A stretch of DNA of 64,000 nucleotides from Candidatus Bathyarchaeota archaeon (lineage in GTDB: Archaea; Thermoproteota; Bathyarchaeia; TCS64). The stretch is taken from contig JADHWN010000010.1 of the NCBI GenBank assembly GCA_016783455.1, forward strand, positions 2,913 through 66,912, in the 5' to 3' direction. The number at the start of each line of letters is the position of its first letter. Positions within the stretch are counted from its first letter, which is position 1. A program made the translations under genes and the position numbers. Of the stretch, positions 1 through 9,140 are shown one piece after another. The notes under the pieces were generated by a model. It was not told the origin of the DNA and did no database searches. It was given only the letters and a program-made list of their open reading frames with translations.

Positions 1-485
1 TCCTGTGGTACGCAAGGTTCACGAAGCAGTACTTCTTCGCCTACCGCTGGACCCTCGCAATTATCGTCGGTACTGGAATCGGCATGGCGCTCAGGACGGT
101 GATATTCACCCAGTTCCTCAACCAGATCATGGCACAGGCCAGGCTCTCACTCTGGGTGCCCGGCGACCTACTGCAGAGCTTCAGCAACACGATGATCGCC
201 ATAATGGTGCCCTGCGTGCTGCTCTACTTCTGGTTCACAGGCCCGGCACGGGATAAAGCTCCCATGAGCTACATCGAGAAGTTTGCCCGCTACACAATGA
301 TGGCCGGCTTCGGTGCAGCCTTTGGGTACACGGTCCTGACCAGGTATTCCCTGTTCATCGGACGAGCCCAGTTCCTGCTGGGAATCACGCCGAACCCCCC
401 AGAGGCACGGATGGCATTCTACGTCATCGCAGCGACTATCCTGATAACACTGTTCGCAAAAGACCATCTCTTCAAAAAAACATAG
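1..485 (+). CDS. membrane protein, C-terminal part (gene starts left of window)
   Basis: Frame 3 is open from nt 3 with no stop before the listed 84..485 ORF. Translation is hydrophobic and rich in TM helices. Stop TAG at 483-485. No family recognised. Confidence 0.5.
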   Translation, partial: LWYARFTKQYFFAYRWTLAIIVGTGIGMALRTVIFTQFLNQIMAQARLSLWVPGDLLQSFSNTMIAIMVPCVLLYFWFTGPARDKAPMSYIEKFARYTMMAGFGAAFGYTVLTRYSLFIGRAQFLLGITPNPPEARMAFYVIAATILITLFAKDHLFKKT

Positions 486-576
486 TGCGAAAATCTCCCC
501 TACTTTATTTTTTCAATTCGCCCAAGTGCTAGGGTAAACGCTGAACCCAACACCACACAGAAAAAAGAGGGTGCAT

Positions 577-1440
577 TCAAGCGTCCAGATGGGCCTTTAC
601 CCTACCCCAAGCTTCCTTAATCGCCTTGGACGCCTTCCCGTCCGGGGAGAACTCGACCACGGGCTGCCCCGCCACCATGGCCTCCGTGACCACCGGGTCG
701 AAGGGTATCAGACCAATGACGTCGATCCCGTTCTGATCGCAGAAATCCTGGATCTCCGCCGTGTTCTCATCGTTGAGATCGTGCTTGTTTACGCAGACAA
801 GGGACTCCAGCTTGAAATGCTCCAGTAGCTGGAGGGCCCTCTTCAGGTCATGGATCCCCGATAGCGTCGGCTCCACAATAACCAGGCCCTTGTCGATATC
901 AGCTAGGGAAGCTATAACCGGGCACCCGATGCCAGGCGGACCGTCCACCAGCACGAGCTCGTGTCCCCCCTCCTCGGCCAGCCTCTTGGAGTTCTGCCTC
1001 ACGAGGGTAACCAGCTTGCCCGAGTTCTCCATCCCCGGTATCAGGTTGGCGTGGCTCATGGGGCCGTACTCGGTCTCCGAGATGTAGGCGTGACCGCAGA
1101 TCCTCTCCACGAAGTCGATGGCCTGCACCGGGCAGACCTGGACGCAGACCTTGCAGCCCTCGCAGTGGATGCTGTCAACGGTGAAGTCGTGGATGGCGTT
1201 GAACCGGCATTTCTCCTCGCAGAGGCCGCACTGCGTGCACCTCTCGGGGTCGATGACGGCGAGGTTGAGCCCCTTGAACACGATGGTCTCCTTGACCTCG
1301 GGCTTCAGGAGCAGGTGGAGGTTGGACGCGTCGACATCACAGTCGGCGAAAACGGCGTTGCTTGAGAGGGCCGCGAAGGAGGCCGCGACCGTGGTCTTGC
1401 CCGTCCCGCCCTTGCCGCTCAGGATCGTCATCTTCCTCAT
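577..1440 (-). CDS. MinD/CooC-type P-loop ATPase with inserted 2x[4Fe-4S] ferredoxin domain
   Basis: Real start is the ATG at 1438-1440 (MRKMTILSGKGGTGKTT); the rest of the 442-aa ORF is an Arg/Gly-rich out-of-context extension overlapping the upstream gene. Walker A is GKGGTGKT. Fe-S motifs are CTQCGLCEEKC and CEGCKVCVQVCP. 4-nt overlap with the upstream paralogue. Confidence 0.85.
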   Translation of the reverse strand: MRKMTILSGKGGTGKTTVAASFAALSSNAVFADCDVDASNLHLLLKPEVKETIVFKGLNLAVIDPERCTQCGLCEEKCRFNAIHDFTVDSIHCEGCKVCVQVCPVQAIDFVERICGHAYISETEYGPMSHANLIPGMENSGKLVTLVRQNSKRLAEEGGHELVLVDGPPGIGCPVIASLADIDKGLVIVEPTLSGIHDLKRALQLLEHFKLESLVCVNKHDLNDENTAEIQDFCDQNGIDVIGLIPFDPVVTEAMVAGQPVVEFSPDGKASKAIKEAWGRVKAHLDA

Positions 1441-2270
1441 GCCGCCACCTCCTCGATCTGCCCCACCAAATCTATGAACTTCTGCCTCCACTCGGGCATG
1501 GCCTCGACGAACGGGACCCCCTTGGAGTAGAGCTCGGCTATCCTGCGGTCGAAGGGGATCTCCATCATTATGGGGATGCCCTGCTCCTCGCAGAAGTCGT
1601 ACACACCCCTGTCCCCGATGCCTGCGAAGTTCACGACCACGCCCATGGGTATCCCGAGGAGCTGGACTACTTCGACAGCGATCTTGAGGTCGTGGAGTCC
1701 GAAGGGCGTGGGCTCCGTCACTAACAGGCAGAAGTCGACGCCGTGGACGGTCTCGACCAACGGGCAGGCGGAGCCCGGCGATGAGTCGAGGATGACCATC
1801 CTCTTCTCGTCGATGTGATCCTTGACGGCTGCAATGATGGGGACCGCCAGGGCCTCGCCCACGTTGATCTCCCCGTAGACCAGGTCTATGTCCCCGGCTT
1901 TGCACTTGACGACCTTGCCTATCTGCCTTGGCTCCTCAACTATGGCGTCCCTGGGGCAGACGATGCTGCATCCGCCGCAGCTGTGGCACAGCTCCGGGAA
2001 CACCATGGCCGTCTCGCCTGCCACGAAGAGGGCGTTGAACTGGCAGAACCTGGCGCACTCGCCGCAGTAGTCGCATCGCTCCTCCAGTATCTTGGGTACG
2101 AGTAACTCGACGGGGAAGGTCTCCTCGACTTTTGGCCTGAGCAGTATGTGGACGTTGGGCTCCTCGACGTCGCAGTCGAGGACCTGAACCTTTCCCAGAG
2201 AGAGGGCGAGGTTCACGGCCACGGAGGTCTTCCCCGTGCCCCCCTTCCCGCTGGCGACAGCGATCTTCAT
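1437..2270 (-). CDS. MinD/CooC-type P-loop ATPase with inserted 2x[4Fe-4S] ferredoxin domain (paralogue)
   Basis: MKIAVASGKGGTGKTS Walker A. Fe-S motifs CDYCGECARFC and CHSCGGCSIVCP. Same architecture as 577..1440. Confidence 0.85.
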   Translation of the reverse strand: MKIAVASGKGGTGKTSVAVNLALSLGKVQVLDCDVEEPNVHILLRPKVEETFPVELLVPKILEERCDYCGECARFCQFNALFVAGETAMVFPELCHSCGGCSIVCPRDAIVEEPRQIGKVVKCKAGDIDLVYGEINVGEALAVPIIAAVKDHIDEKRMVILDSSPGSACPLVETVHGVDFCLLVTEPTPFGLHDLKIAVEVVQLLGIPMGVVVNFAGIGDRGVYDFCEEQGIPIMMEIPFDRRIAELYSKGVPFVEAMPEWRQKFIDLVGQIEEVAA

Positions 2271-2294
2271 GACTAGGCCTGCATTAACCCGGTT

Positions 2295-2651
2295 TCAATG
2301 CTCGTGGAGGCAGCCCTCGGTGAGCTCTTTCAGCTCTCCTTTCACGAAGAGGTCGATGTTCTCGGCGATCGATGCTCCTGTTGCCTGTAGCACAGCTATG
2401 TTCATGTCTTGGAACATGGCGATAGCCCTGCCCCCCATCCCGAGCACGATCATGACTTCGGTATTAAGTTTGGCCATCCGTTCCGGCGGGAGGCCCACGC
2501 CTCCGAAGTGCTCACTGTCGTTGGGGACGACCCCTTGGTCGATTACCTTGCCGTCCTTGACCTCGAACCAGGCGTAGTGTGGGACCCTCCCGAAGTGCTG
2601 TCCTATTGATTCACCCTTTTCATCCAACGTAGGAAAAACGATCTTTACCAT
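2295..2651 (-). CDS. NifX/NifB-C-terminal-like (dinitrogenase FeMo-cofactor-binding family) protein
   Basis: 118 aa. HFGRVPHYAWFEV start and overall layout are typical of the small NifX-like/DUF-type cofactor-binding family. Confidence 0.75.
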   Translation of the reverse strand: MVKIVFPTLDEKGESIGQHFGRVPHYAWFEVKDGKVIDQGVVPNDSEHFGGVGLPPERMAKLNTEVMIVLGMGGRAIAMFQDMNIAVLQATGASIAENIDLFVKGELKELTEGCLHEH

Positions 2652-2698
2652 TTTCTTCTCCTCACATTTCTATTGTTTAACTCTAAATTATTCATATC

Positions 2699-3097
2699 CT
2701 AAAACCTCTGGTGCCTGCCTTCTCCGCCCCTCCCCCCGGTGCCGAAGTGGCCGCCGACGGTGGGTCCGCTTGTGGATTGTAGCTCCCCTGAGTTGAAGCG
2801 CTTGACGGCGTCCCCCACGGTCCCCGATACCCCTGTCACCATCTTTATCCCTGACGATGATAGGGCGGAGTACGCGTTGGGGCCCACGTTCCCTGTGAGG
2901 ATCGCCTTGACTCCTTTAGAGGCCACGAGCTGGGCGGCCGCGATCCCCGCGCCGTGGGCTGAGGTTACAGCCGTGTTGGGGACGATCTCGAACTCCATGG
3001 TCTCGGTGTCCACCACGATGAAACGTGGGCACCTCCCAAAGTGGGGCTCCACGGGGCCTGAAAGGTCTTCACCTGAGGTCGTAACTGCTACTTTCAT
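2699..3097 (-). CDS. NifX/NifB-C-terminal-like cofactor-binding protein
   Basis: 132 aa. The MKVAVTTSG..HFGRCPRFIVVD..ILTGNVGPNA pattern is typical of the family. Gly-rich tail. Confidence 0.8.
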   Translation of the reverse strand: MKVAVTTSGEDLSGPVEPHFGRCPRFIVVDTETMEFEIVPNTAVTSAHGAGIAAAQLVASKGVKAILTGNVGPNAYSALSSSGIKMVTGVSGTVGDAVKRFNSGELQSTSGPTVGGHFGTGGRGGEGRHQRF

Positions 3098-3942
3098 CTC
3101 TGCTTCACCTTCTCCTCTATCTTCTCAACTATACGCGTGAATTCCTTGGACGCCTGTGAGTCGGGGTGCCTCAAAATGAAGGGAGTGCCTTCATCGCTGT
3201 CCGCCGATATCCTGGGGTCCAATGGTATGCTCCCGAGGAACTCTACGTCCATCTCCTTGGCCACCCTCTCTCCGCCCCCCTTGCTGAAGACCTCAATCGT
3301 CTCACCGCAGTGGGGGCAGACCATGCCGCTCATGTTCTCGACGACCCCGAAGATTGGGACACCCATCTTCCTTGCGAAGGTTATGGCCTTTTTGACGACC
3401 GACTGGCTGACCTCGCTGGGGATGGTGACGATGACGACGCCGTCCATCTCCGGGAGGAGCTGGAGTACGCTGAGGCTCTCGTCCCCCGTTCCTGGTGGGA
3501 GGTCGACAAGGAGATAGTCGAGGGGTCCCCACGCCACCTCTCCCAGAAACTGGCGTATCGCCCCCATCTTGAGGGGGCCCCGCCAGATCACTGGGGAGTC
3601 GTCGCTGGGGAGGAACAGGGCCATGGAGATGACCTTGACTCCCTCCGCCCCGACCGCGGGGAAGATCCCCGGGGGGCCGGCCATGAGCTTCTCACCCTTC
3701 AGCCCCATCATCTTGGGGACGCAGGGCCCCGTGAGGTCCGCGTCGAATATGGCCACCCTGCCCTCCCTTCCGTCCTTGGCGAGGAGGGCCGCGAGGTTCA
3801 CTGTCACCAGGCTCTTCCCGACGCCACCCTTCCCGCTGATGATAGCGATCTTGTGCTTTATCTTGCCCATCCTCAGCTTGATAAGCTCTTTCTCCTGCTC
3901 CCTCTGCTCCCAGGGGTTGGCTGTCTCCAGTTTCTCTGTCAA
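3094..3942 (-). CDS. Mrp/NBP35/ApbC-family Fe-S cluster carrier ATPase
   Basis: ISGKGGVGKS deviant Walker A and the CPHCG cluster-ligand motif, about 280 aa. 4-nt overlap with the downstream NifX-like gene. Confidence 0.9.
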   Translation of the reverse strand: MTEKLETANPWEQREQEKELIKLRMGKIKHKIAIISGKGGVGKSLVTVNLAALLAKDGREGRVAIFDADLTGPCVPKMMGLKGEKLMAGPPGIFPAVGAEGVKVISMALFLPSDDSPVIWRGPLKMGAIRQFLGEVAWGPLDYLLVDLPPGTGDESLSVLQLLPEMDGVVIVTIPSEVSQSVVKKAITFARKMGVPIFGVVENMSGMVCPHCGETIEVFSKGGGERVAKEMDVEFLGSIPLDPRISADSDEGTPFILRHPDSQASKEFTRIVEKIEEKVKQR

Positions 3943-4090
3943 CTCAAGAACACTCTTTTTAGGCCAGGTTAAATCTCATATGCTGAAGTGTATAAGCGTA
4001 TAAACCTATCTCCTGAAAGCTGTCCGGGGACATTACCCCAACATTATTCTATGACTACAGGCAGGGTAGGATGCTCCCCACAAGTTCCGT

Positions 4091-4627
4091 ATGGAGATCC
4101 AGACGATGGTTTTAAGCATCTTCAAGGGGCGTAGATCAACCATGAATCACTTCTACGAGATCCCTGAATATCCCGAGGGCGTAACAGGCACTAGTATAAT
4201 GGTCCGACTCTTGGACAGCCTAGGATTCAGGTTCCACTGGGCCACGGAGGGCCTGAGACCCGAGGACTACGCCTTCAGGCCGGCGGAGGACGTCATGAGC
4301 GTAACCGAGCTCGTCAGGCACGTCTGGGGGCTCGTCAACTGGGTGGGCATCTCGGTGCTAGGTGAGCCCCATCGGAAGCCGGAGGAGATCGAGGCGATCA
4401 GGAACCAGATCCTGGAGATTATGTGGGAGCTCAGGGAGGCCATCCGCTCGATGGGCGAGGAGGACCTGGGCAAGGTCACCGTCGACGGGAGGCCCTTCTG
4501 GCATATCATCAACGGTCCCATCTCCGACGCCCTAACTCACGTGGGGCAGGTCAACTCCTTCAGGAGGCTGTCGGGCAATCCCGTGTACGGTGCGAACGTG
4601 TTCACCGGGACGCCCCCTAAGAAATAG
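4091..4627 (+). CDS. hypothetical protein, DinB-like helical-bundle (weak)
   Basis: Intact ORF. Alternative start at ATG 4142 (MNHFYE). The FRFHWATEGL and THVGQ patterns loosely resemble the DinB/YfiT superfamily. Confidence 0.45.
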   Translation: MEIQTMVLSIFKGRRSTMNHFYEIPEYPEGVTGTSIMVRLLDSLGFRFHWATEGLRPEDYAFRPAEDVMSVTELVRHVWGLVNWVGISVLGEPHRKPEEIEAIRNQILEIMWELREAIRSMGEEDLGKVTVDGRPFWHIINGPISDALTHVGQVNSFRRLSGNPVYGANVFTGTPPKK

Positions 4628-4663
4628 TCCCGTTAAGCCCTCCCCCGTGTGGTGTGGGCTCCT

Positions 4664-6070
4664 TCACATCTTGGGCTTGAGGAGGTACTCGTTGGCCCTG
4701 TCCACGCACTCCTTGAGCTGCTCCTGGGTCATCCCCTCGGGGAGGTAGAGGGGGTCCGTGGCATCGGTCTCGTCGTACCTGTCCCAGGAGACATCTCTCA
4801 ACTCGTCCTCGACCTCCTTCCAGAGGGGGGCGCCTGGGTACGGGGTGCAGATGGAGAAGGTGAAGGGGACATCCATCTCCTGGAGGACATCCAGGGTCCG
4901 TGCCTCGGCCTCCACGGTGCTCCCCGGGAGCCCGATGATGATGTAGAGGATGATGTTGTAACCGATGTCCTTGGTTATCTTGACCGCCCTCTTCACCTGC
5001 TCCACTGTGATGCCCTTCCGTATGGTCTTCAGGACGTGGTCGTCGCAGGACTCCACGCCGAGGTGGATAGAATAGAAGCCGACGTTGTACATCTTCTCCA
5101 TGAGCTCCTCGGTGACGTGGTCGACACGCATCCCGTTGGGCAGGTCGAAGCTCATATCCAGCCCCCGCTCCTTGATGAGGCGACAGACCTCGTAGACCCT
5201 GGGGCGGTCGGCGGTGAAGTTGTCGTCGGGGATCTGGACCTCGTTGAACCCGAGCTTGTGGAGGTGCTCGATCTCCCGGACCACATTGCCCGGGCTCCGG
5301 GAGCGGTACTTGTAGCCGCTACTTGCCCTGTAGCAGAAGACGCAGGCCTGGGGGCAGCCCCTGGAGGTCATGATGGAGGCCACGGGAGTCTTCTTGGCGA
5401 TGAAGTTCCTGGAGAACTCCCTGTACCTTTCGATGTTGAATAGGTCCCGGGCCGGGGAGGGGAGGGCGTCCAGGTCGTCGATGTAGTTGGGGGAATTGTC
5501 CCCGATGACCCTGTCGCCGTGCCTGAAGACGGTCCCCCTGAGCTCCGCCATCTCATCGCAGTGCCCCTTCTCGAAGAGGAGGTTCAGGTAGTCTCTGTAG
5601 GCGTATTCACCGTCGCCTATGATCGCGGAGTCGATGGATGGGCACTCCTCCAGGGTCCTGTGGGGGATGGCGGAGGCGTGGGGGCCGCCGACGGTTATGG
5701 GCAGGTCTCCGTCCTCGGCCTTGAGGGCGTTGGCGATGTCGTAGACTTGGTTGATGGTCCACGTTAGTGTGGAGAGCCCCACTGCCTCGGGCTTCTGGCT
5801 CAATATGGCGTCCCTCACCTGCTCCACGTCCACCTTCCGCTTGTCGAAGAAGGTGAGGTCAACGACCCGGGGGTCGAACCCCGCCTTCCTGAGGGACGCT
5901 GCTAGGTATGCCGGCCCCAGGGGTATGAAGGGGGTCATGCTCACGACCGGGACGAGGGAGAAGGGGTAGGTGGGCATACGCATCATGGTCTCTGTGAAGT
6001 AAGAGGGCGGTGTGACCAACACTACTCGTCGCCCTGGTTTACGGCCTAGCAGTCTCCTGAGGAATGCCAA
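4664..6070 (-). CDS. B12-binding-domain radical SAM protein
   Basis: N-terminal Rossmann-like B12-binding region (VVLVTPP.., GLSTLT) followed by the CPQACVFC CxxxCxxC radical SAM motif. TTG start at 6070, or GTG a few codons in. Confidence 0.85.
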   Translation of the reverse strand: MAFLRRLLGRKPGRRVVLVTPPSYFTETMMRMPTYPFSLVPVVSMTPFIPLGPAYLAASLRKAGFDPRVVDLTFFDKRKVDVEQVRDAILSQKPEAVGLSTLTWTINQVYDIANALKAEDGDLPITVGGPHASAIPHRTLEECPSIDSAIIGDGEYAYRDYLNLLFEKGHCDEMAELRGTVFRHGDRVIGDNSPNYIDDLDALPSPARDLFNIERYREFSRNFIAKKTPVASIMTSRGCPQACVFCYRASSGYKYRSRSPGNVVREIEHLHKLGFNEVQIPDDNFTADRPRVYEVCRLIKERGLDMSFDLPNGMRVDHVTEELMEKMYNVGFYSIHLGVESCDDHVLKTIRKGITVEQVKRAVKITKDIGYNIILYIIIGLPGSTVEAEARTLDVLQEMDVPFTFSICTPYPGAPLWKEVEDELRDVSWDRYDETDATDPLYLPEGMTQEQLKECVDRANEYLLKPKM

Positions 6071-6235
6071 TTCGAGGTGCTCCTAGAAGAGAGTGCACGT
6101 CCTAAATAATATTAGCACCCTCCAAAGCTCCGAAATAATCCTAGAAACTCTCGTAAGGTCTGTTAAAACGTGCTTTTTAATAAAAACTACTGAAAACTCA
6201 TGCTATACTCTCATAGGGGGATATCAATATCTTAC

Positions 6236-7522
6236 TTATTGGAGAGGTTCGCCCAAGAGGTAGCTGCTCTTCGCCTCGGTGATCTTGACAGTGACGATGT
6301 CCCCGAGTAGCACGGGAGACTTCACTACTATGGGCTTGTAGGCAAGGTTCCTCCCGACCATGGTTCCGTCCCTGCCCTCCTCGTCGATGACTGCCTCTCC
6401 CTCCCATCCGACCCAGCTTTGATTCCTCTCGGCCAGCAGACTTCTCCACAGAGAGGAGAGCTCCCTTGAGCGCCCCTTCGTCTCCCTCCCATGGAGTTGG
6501 CCGTCGAGCTCCGCGGCCTCAGTGCCCGGCCTCGGCCAGAACCTGGATATATTAAGGGCGTCTAGACCCATCTCCTCAACGAGCCTCACCGAGTCGGCGA
6601 ACTGCCCCTCGGTCTCCCCCGGGAACCCGCAGATGATGTCGGTTGATAGGCTCAGGTCCGGGATGGCCTCCCTGAACCTGGCGACGAGCCCCCTGAAGTC
6701 GGCGACGGTGTACCTCCTGCCCATCCGCCTCAGGACCTCGTCGTTCCCCGACTGAACCGGGACGTGGAGGAACTTGAATACCTTATCCAACCTGTAGGCC
6801 TCGATGAGGTCGTCCAAGATGGGCTCCGCCTGGTTGGGGGTCATCATGCCCACCCGGACGTAGAAGCGCCCCTCGAGCCCCGTTATCGAGTCAAGGAGTC
6901 CCGGAAGGCGGACATCGCCGTCCCTGTACGAGGCGGTGTCCTCGGCGGTCACCCAGATCTCCCTGCACCCCCCCTCGATAGCCTGTCTGGCGTCCTCGAC
7001 GATCATCTCCGACGGGAAGGAATGGAGCCTCCCCCGGGCACGTTTCACGATGCAGTAGCTGCAGTCCCCCAGGCAGCCCGAGGCGATGGGGGCGATGTGG
7101 ATGACCGGGTTCCTCCTGACCCTGGGGAGGCACGACTTGTCCAGCGGTCCACCATCCACGGCCTCAAGCCTCACGCCAGCCAGGGCGGACTCCACCACGT
7201 CGACTATGCTGAGAAGGTCATCGGGTCCCACCATGCTTGCACCGGGCGCGACCTCCGCAACGAGGTCCCGCTGGGCCTTGGGCATGCACCCAGCAACCAC
7301 CAGGGACCCCTCCATCTCGGAGAGCACCCTGATCCGCTTGACGACCTTATTCTCGGTAGGAGTCTTGACCGTGCACGTCAGGACGACATAGGCGTCCGCG
7401 CCCCGGGGATCCGGGACTATGGAGTGCCCCGACTCACTGAGGAGGCCCGCGGCCATCTCCCAGTCCGCCATGTTGGCGCTGCAGCCGTAGACCTCGATGA
7501 ATATCCTGGCCAGGGTCCCCAC
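6236..7522 (-). CDS. MiaB-family methylthiotransferase, archaeal/eukaryal MtaB (CDKAL1-like) type
   Basis: UPF0004 N-domain cysteines (VYGCSAN, LTCTVK, AGCMP), the radical SAM motif CLGDCSYC, and a C-terminal TRAM-like domain. GTG start. Confidence 0.85.
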   Translation of the reverse strand: MGTLARIFIEVYGCSANMADWEMAAGLLSESGHSIVPDPRGADAYVVLTCTVKTPTENKVVKRIRVLSEMEGSLVVAGCMPKAQRDLVAEVAPGASMVGPDDLLSIVDVVESALAGVRLEAVDGGPLDKSCLPRVRRNPVIHIAPIASGCLGDCSYCIVKRARGRLHSFPSEMIVEDARQAIEGGCREIWVTAEDTASYRDGDVRLPGLLDSITGLEGRFYVRVGMMTPNQAEPILDDLIEAYRLDKVFKFLHVPVQSGNDEVLRRMGRRYTVADFRGLVARFREAIPDLSLSTDIICGFPGETEGQFADSVRLVEEMGLDALNISRFWPRPGTEAAELDGQLHGRETKGRSRELSSLWRSLLAERNQSWVGWEGEAVIDEEGRDGTMVGRNLAYKPIVVKSPVLLGDIVTVKITEAKSSYLLGEPLQ

Positions 7523-7989
7523 GCTCTCTCTGAGGAGGGGAGGAGCCCCTAAATAAAAGGTGTTAGAAGACCATCTGAAGGCCTGATCAGGGCCTCTGAG
7601 CTACCTCTGATTGTTCGAAAAAGTCGAAGGTTCACAAAATTTATAAGGGGTTTTCATATGCCTCGTTTTGATAATCCCGAAGGAAACCCCCTCCATCTTT
7701 TGCCTATTTATGTTAAAATCATGGTTGGTTTTGGTGTGAAATTATGCACAACGATCCCCCTGAGGGGCCGTTTTTCGCCCTCTTTCGGAGTGAAAACGCG
7801 AAAAAATGCATGTCCCTGTTAATAGATTTCAAATCCATATAAGCGGTTTATTTGTTCATGTTAATAGGTAAGGTCTCTCGTTCCCCAGATGTTATTAGGT
7901 CATCCATGGTAGTCTACGATAGATCAGATATTACACGATCAGATGAGACAATCTGAGACCCGAGGGGACAACGCCTCGGCGTGTATTCT

Positions 7990-7994
7990 GGAGG
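7990..7994 (+). promoter_or_regulatory. Shine-Dalgarno-like GGAGG upstream of ftsZ
   Basis: GGAGG lies 10 nt upstream of ATG 8005. Confidence 0.4.
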
Positions 7995-8004
7995 CATTTG
8001 AAAA

Positions 8005-9123
8005 ATGGTTCTCATGGAGAAGGCGTTGAGCTGGACACGCCACGAAATAGACAGCAAGGGGCTTCGTCGACCCGGCGAGTGCAAGATAATCATCATAGGG
8101 GTAGGAGGCTGCGGAAACAACACGATAGACAGGCTGATGAAGTCTGGTATGGGTGGGGCCGAGTGCATCGCCATCAACACCGACGTTCAGCACCTGAACA
8201 ACATCCATGCTGACAAGAAGCTCCTCATCGGCGAGAAGCTCACCCGTGGCCTCGGCGCGGGGAACATGCCCGAGGTCGGCAAGGATGCCATGATCGAGAG
8301 CGCCGACATGATCGAGAGACTAGTCGCGGGCACAGACATAGTCTTCATCACCGCCGGCATGGGCGGAGGCACCGGCACGGGCGCCGCGCCTGTCGTCGCG
8401 GAGATCGCCAAGGAGAGGGGCGCCATCGTAGTCGGCGTCATCACCATGCCCTTCAGGCACGAGAAGGGGAGGTTAGACTACGCCCGTGAAGGGCTGAACA
8501 AGATAAGGAAGGCGACCCACACCACCGTCATCATCGACAACAACAAGCTGATGGACCTGGTCCCCCAGCTGCCCATCAACACGGCGTTCACCTTCGCGGA
8601 CAGCATCCTCGCCAACATGGTGAAGGGCATCGTGGAGACCATCGCTCTCCCGAGCCTCATCAACCTGGACTTCGCCGACTTCAGGACAATCATGACCAAG
8701 GGAGACGTCGCCATCGTCGGCATGGGCCAGAGCAACAGCCCGGATAGGGCCGAGGAGGCCGCAAGGAACGCCCTGGAGCACATGCTCCTCGACGTCGACT
8801 ACTCCGGCGCGGACGGGGCCCTCATCCACGTCAGCGGCGGCCCCGACATGAGCCTCGGCGAGGCAGTCAGGGCGGCCGAGTGCATCACGGAGATGATGGA
8901 CGACAAGGCGATGGTGATCTGGGGCTCACGGGTCGACCCGGACATGAACGACATGCTCAGGGTGACACTGGTCCTCACGGGCATACGCTCCCCCCAGCTG
9001 GTTAGCGGATACGATGTCCCCCAGGTGAAGCTCTACCAGATGGAGCCCATGGCGGGCCCCGAGATGCCCCTGGGGATAGAGCTGGGCCTCTACGACATCG
9101 AGAAGCCCTTCCAGCTCCGATAA
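8005..9123 (+). CDS. ftsZ: cell division GTPase FtsZ
   Basis: GVGGCGNNTIDR, the tubulin signature GMGGGTGTGAAP, NTD..DFADF motifs, 372 aa. Confidence 0.95.
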   Translation: MVLMEKALSWTRHEIDSKGLRRPGECKIIIIGVGGCGNNTIDRLMKSGMGGAECIAINTDVQHLNNIHADKKLLIGEKLTRGLGAGNMPEVGKDAMIESADMIERLVAGTDIVFITAGMGGGTGTGAAPVVAEIAKERGAIVVGVITMPFRHEKGRLDYAREGLNKIRKATHTTVIIDNNKLMDLVPQLPINTAFTFADSILANMVKGIVETIALPSLINLDFADFRTIMTKGDVAIVGMGQSNSPDRAEEAARNALEHMLLDVDYSGADGALIHVSGGPDMSLGEAVRAAECITEMMDDKAMVIWGSRVDPDMNDMLRVTLVLTGIRSPQLVSGYDVPQVKLYQMEPMAGPEMPLGIELGLYDIEKPFQLR

Positions 9124-9125
9124 AA

Positions 9126-9140
9126 CCCTTTTTTATTATT
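9126..9140. terminator. oligo-T tract between convergent ftsZ and PHP genes
   Basis: cccttttttattatt immediately follows the ftsZ TAA. Archaeal terminators are typically oligo-T. It partly overlaps the end of the convergent gene. Confidence 0.3.

Noticed and set aside
1441-1905. N-terminal 155-aa extension of the 442-aa ORF 577..1905.
   Set aside because: The extension is low-complexity and Arg/Gly-rich, and it overlaps the well-supported upstream ATPase gene. The Walker A motif directly follows the internal ATG at 1438-1440, which overlaps the upstream stop (ATGA).
577-3942. A nitrogen-fixation (nif) cluster, suggested by the two NifX-like genes.
   Set aside because: No nifH/D/K/E/N/B radical SAM gene is present. 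The NifX-like fold is widespread outside diazotrophs.
3166-3972. Long antisense ORFs opposite well-supported genes. Examples are 3166..3972, 4649..5443, 6764..7552, 13946..14857, 22034..22726, 23152..23817, 24546..25229, 31387..32157, 39173..39958 and 61387..62127.
   Set aside because: They are typical of GC-rich DNA. Their translations are Arg/Pro/Gly/Asp/His-rich with no motifs. Each lies fully inside a gene on the other strand that has clear family signatures.
7658-7831. 57-codon ORF (MPRFDNPEGNPLHLL...) in the ftsZ upstream gap.
   Set aside because: It has no SD. A TATA-like box lies too close to the ATG. Composition is unlike the surrounding genes, and no recognisable motif is present.
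7523-8004. The AT-rich 482-nt gap as a replication origin.
   Set aside because: I could find no ORB or mini-ORB-like repeated boxes (GTTCCAGTGGAAA-type), and no orc1/cdc6 gene is adjacent.
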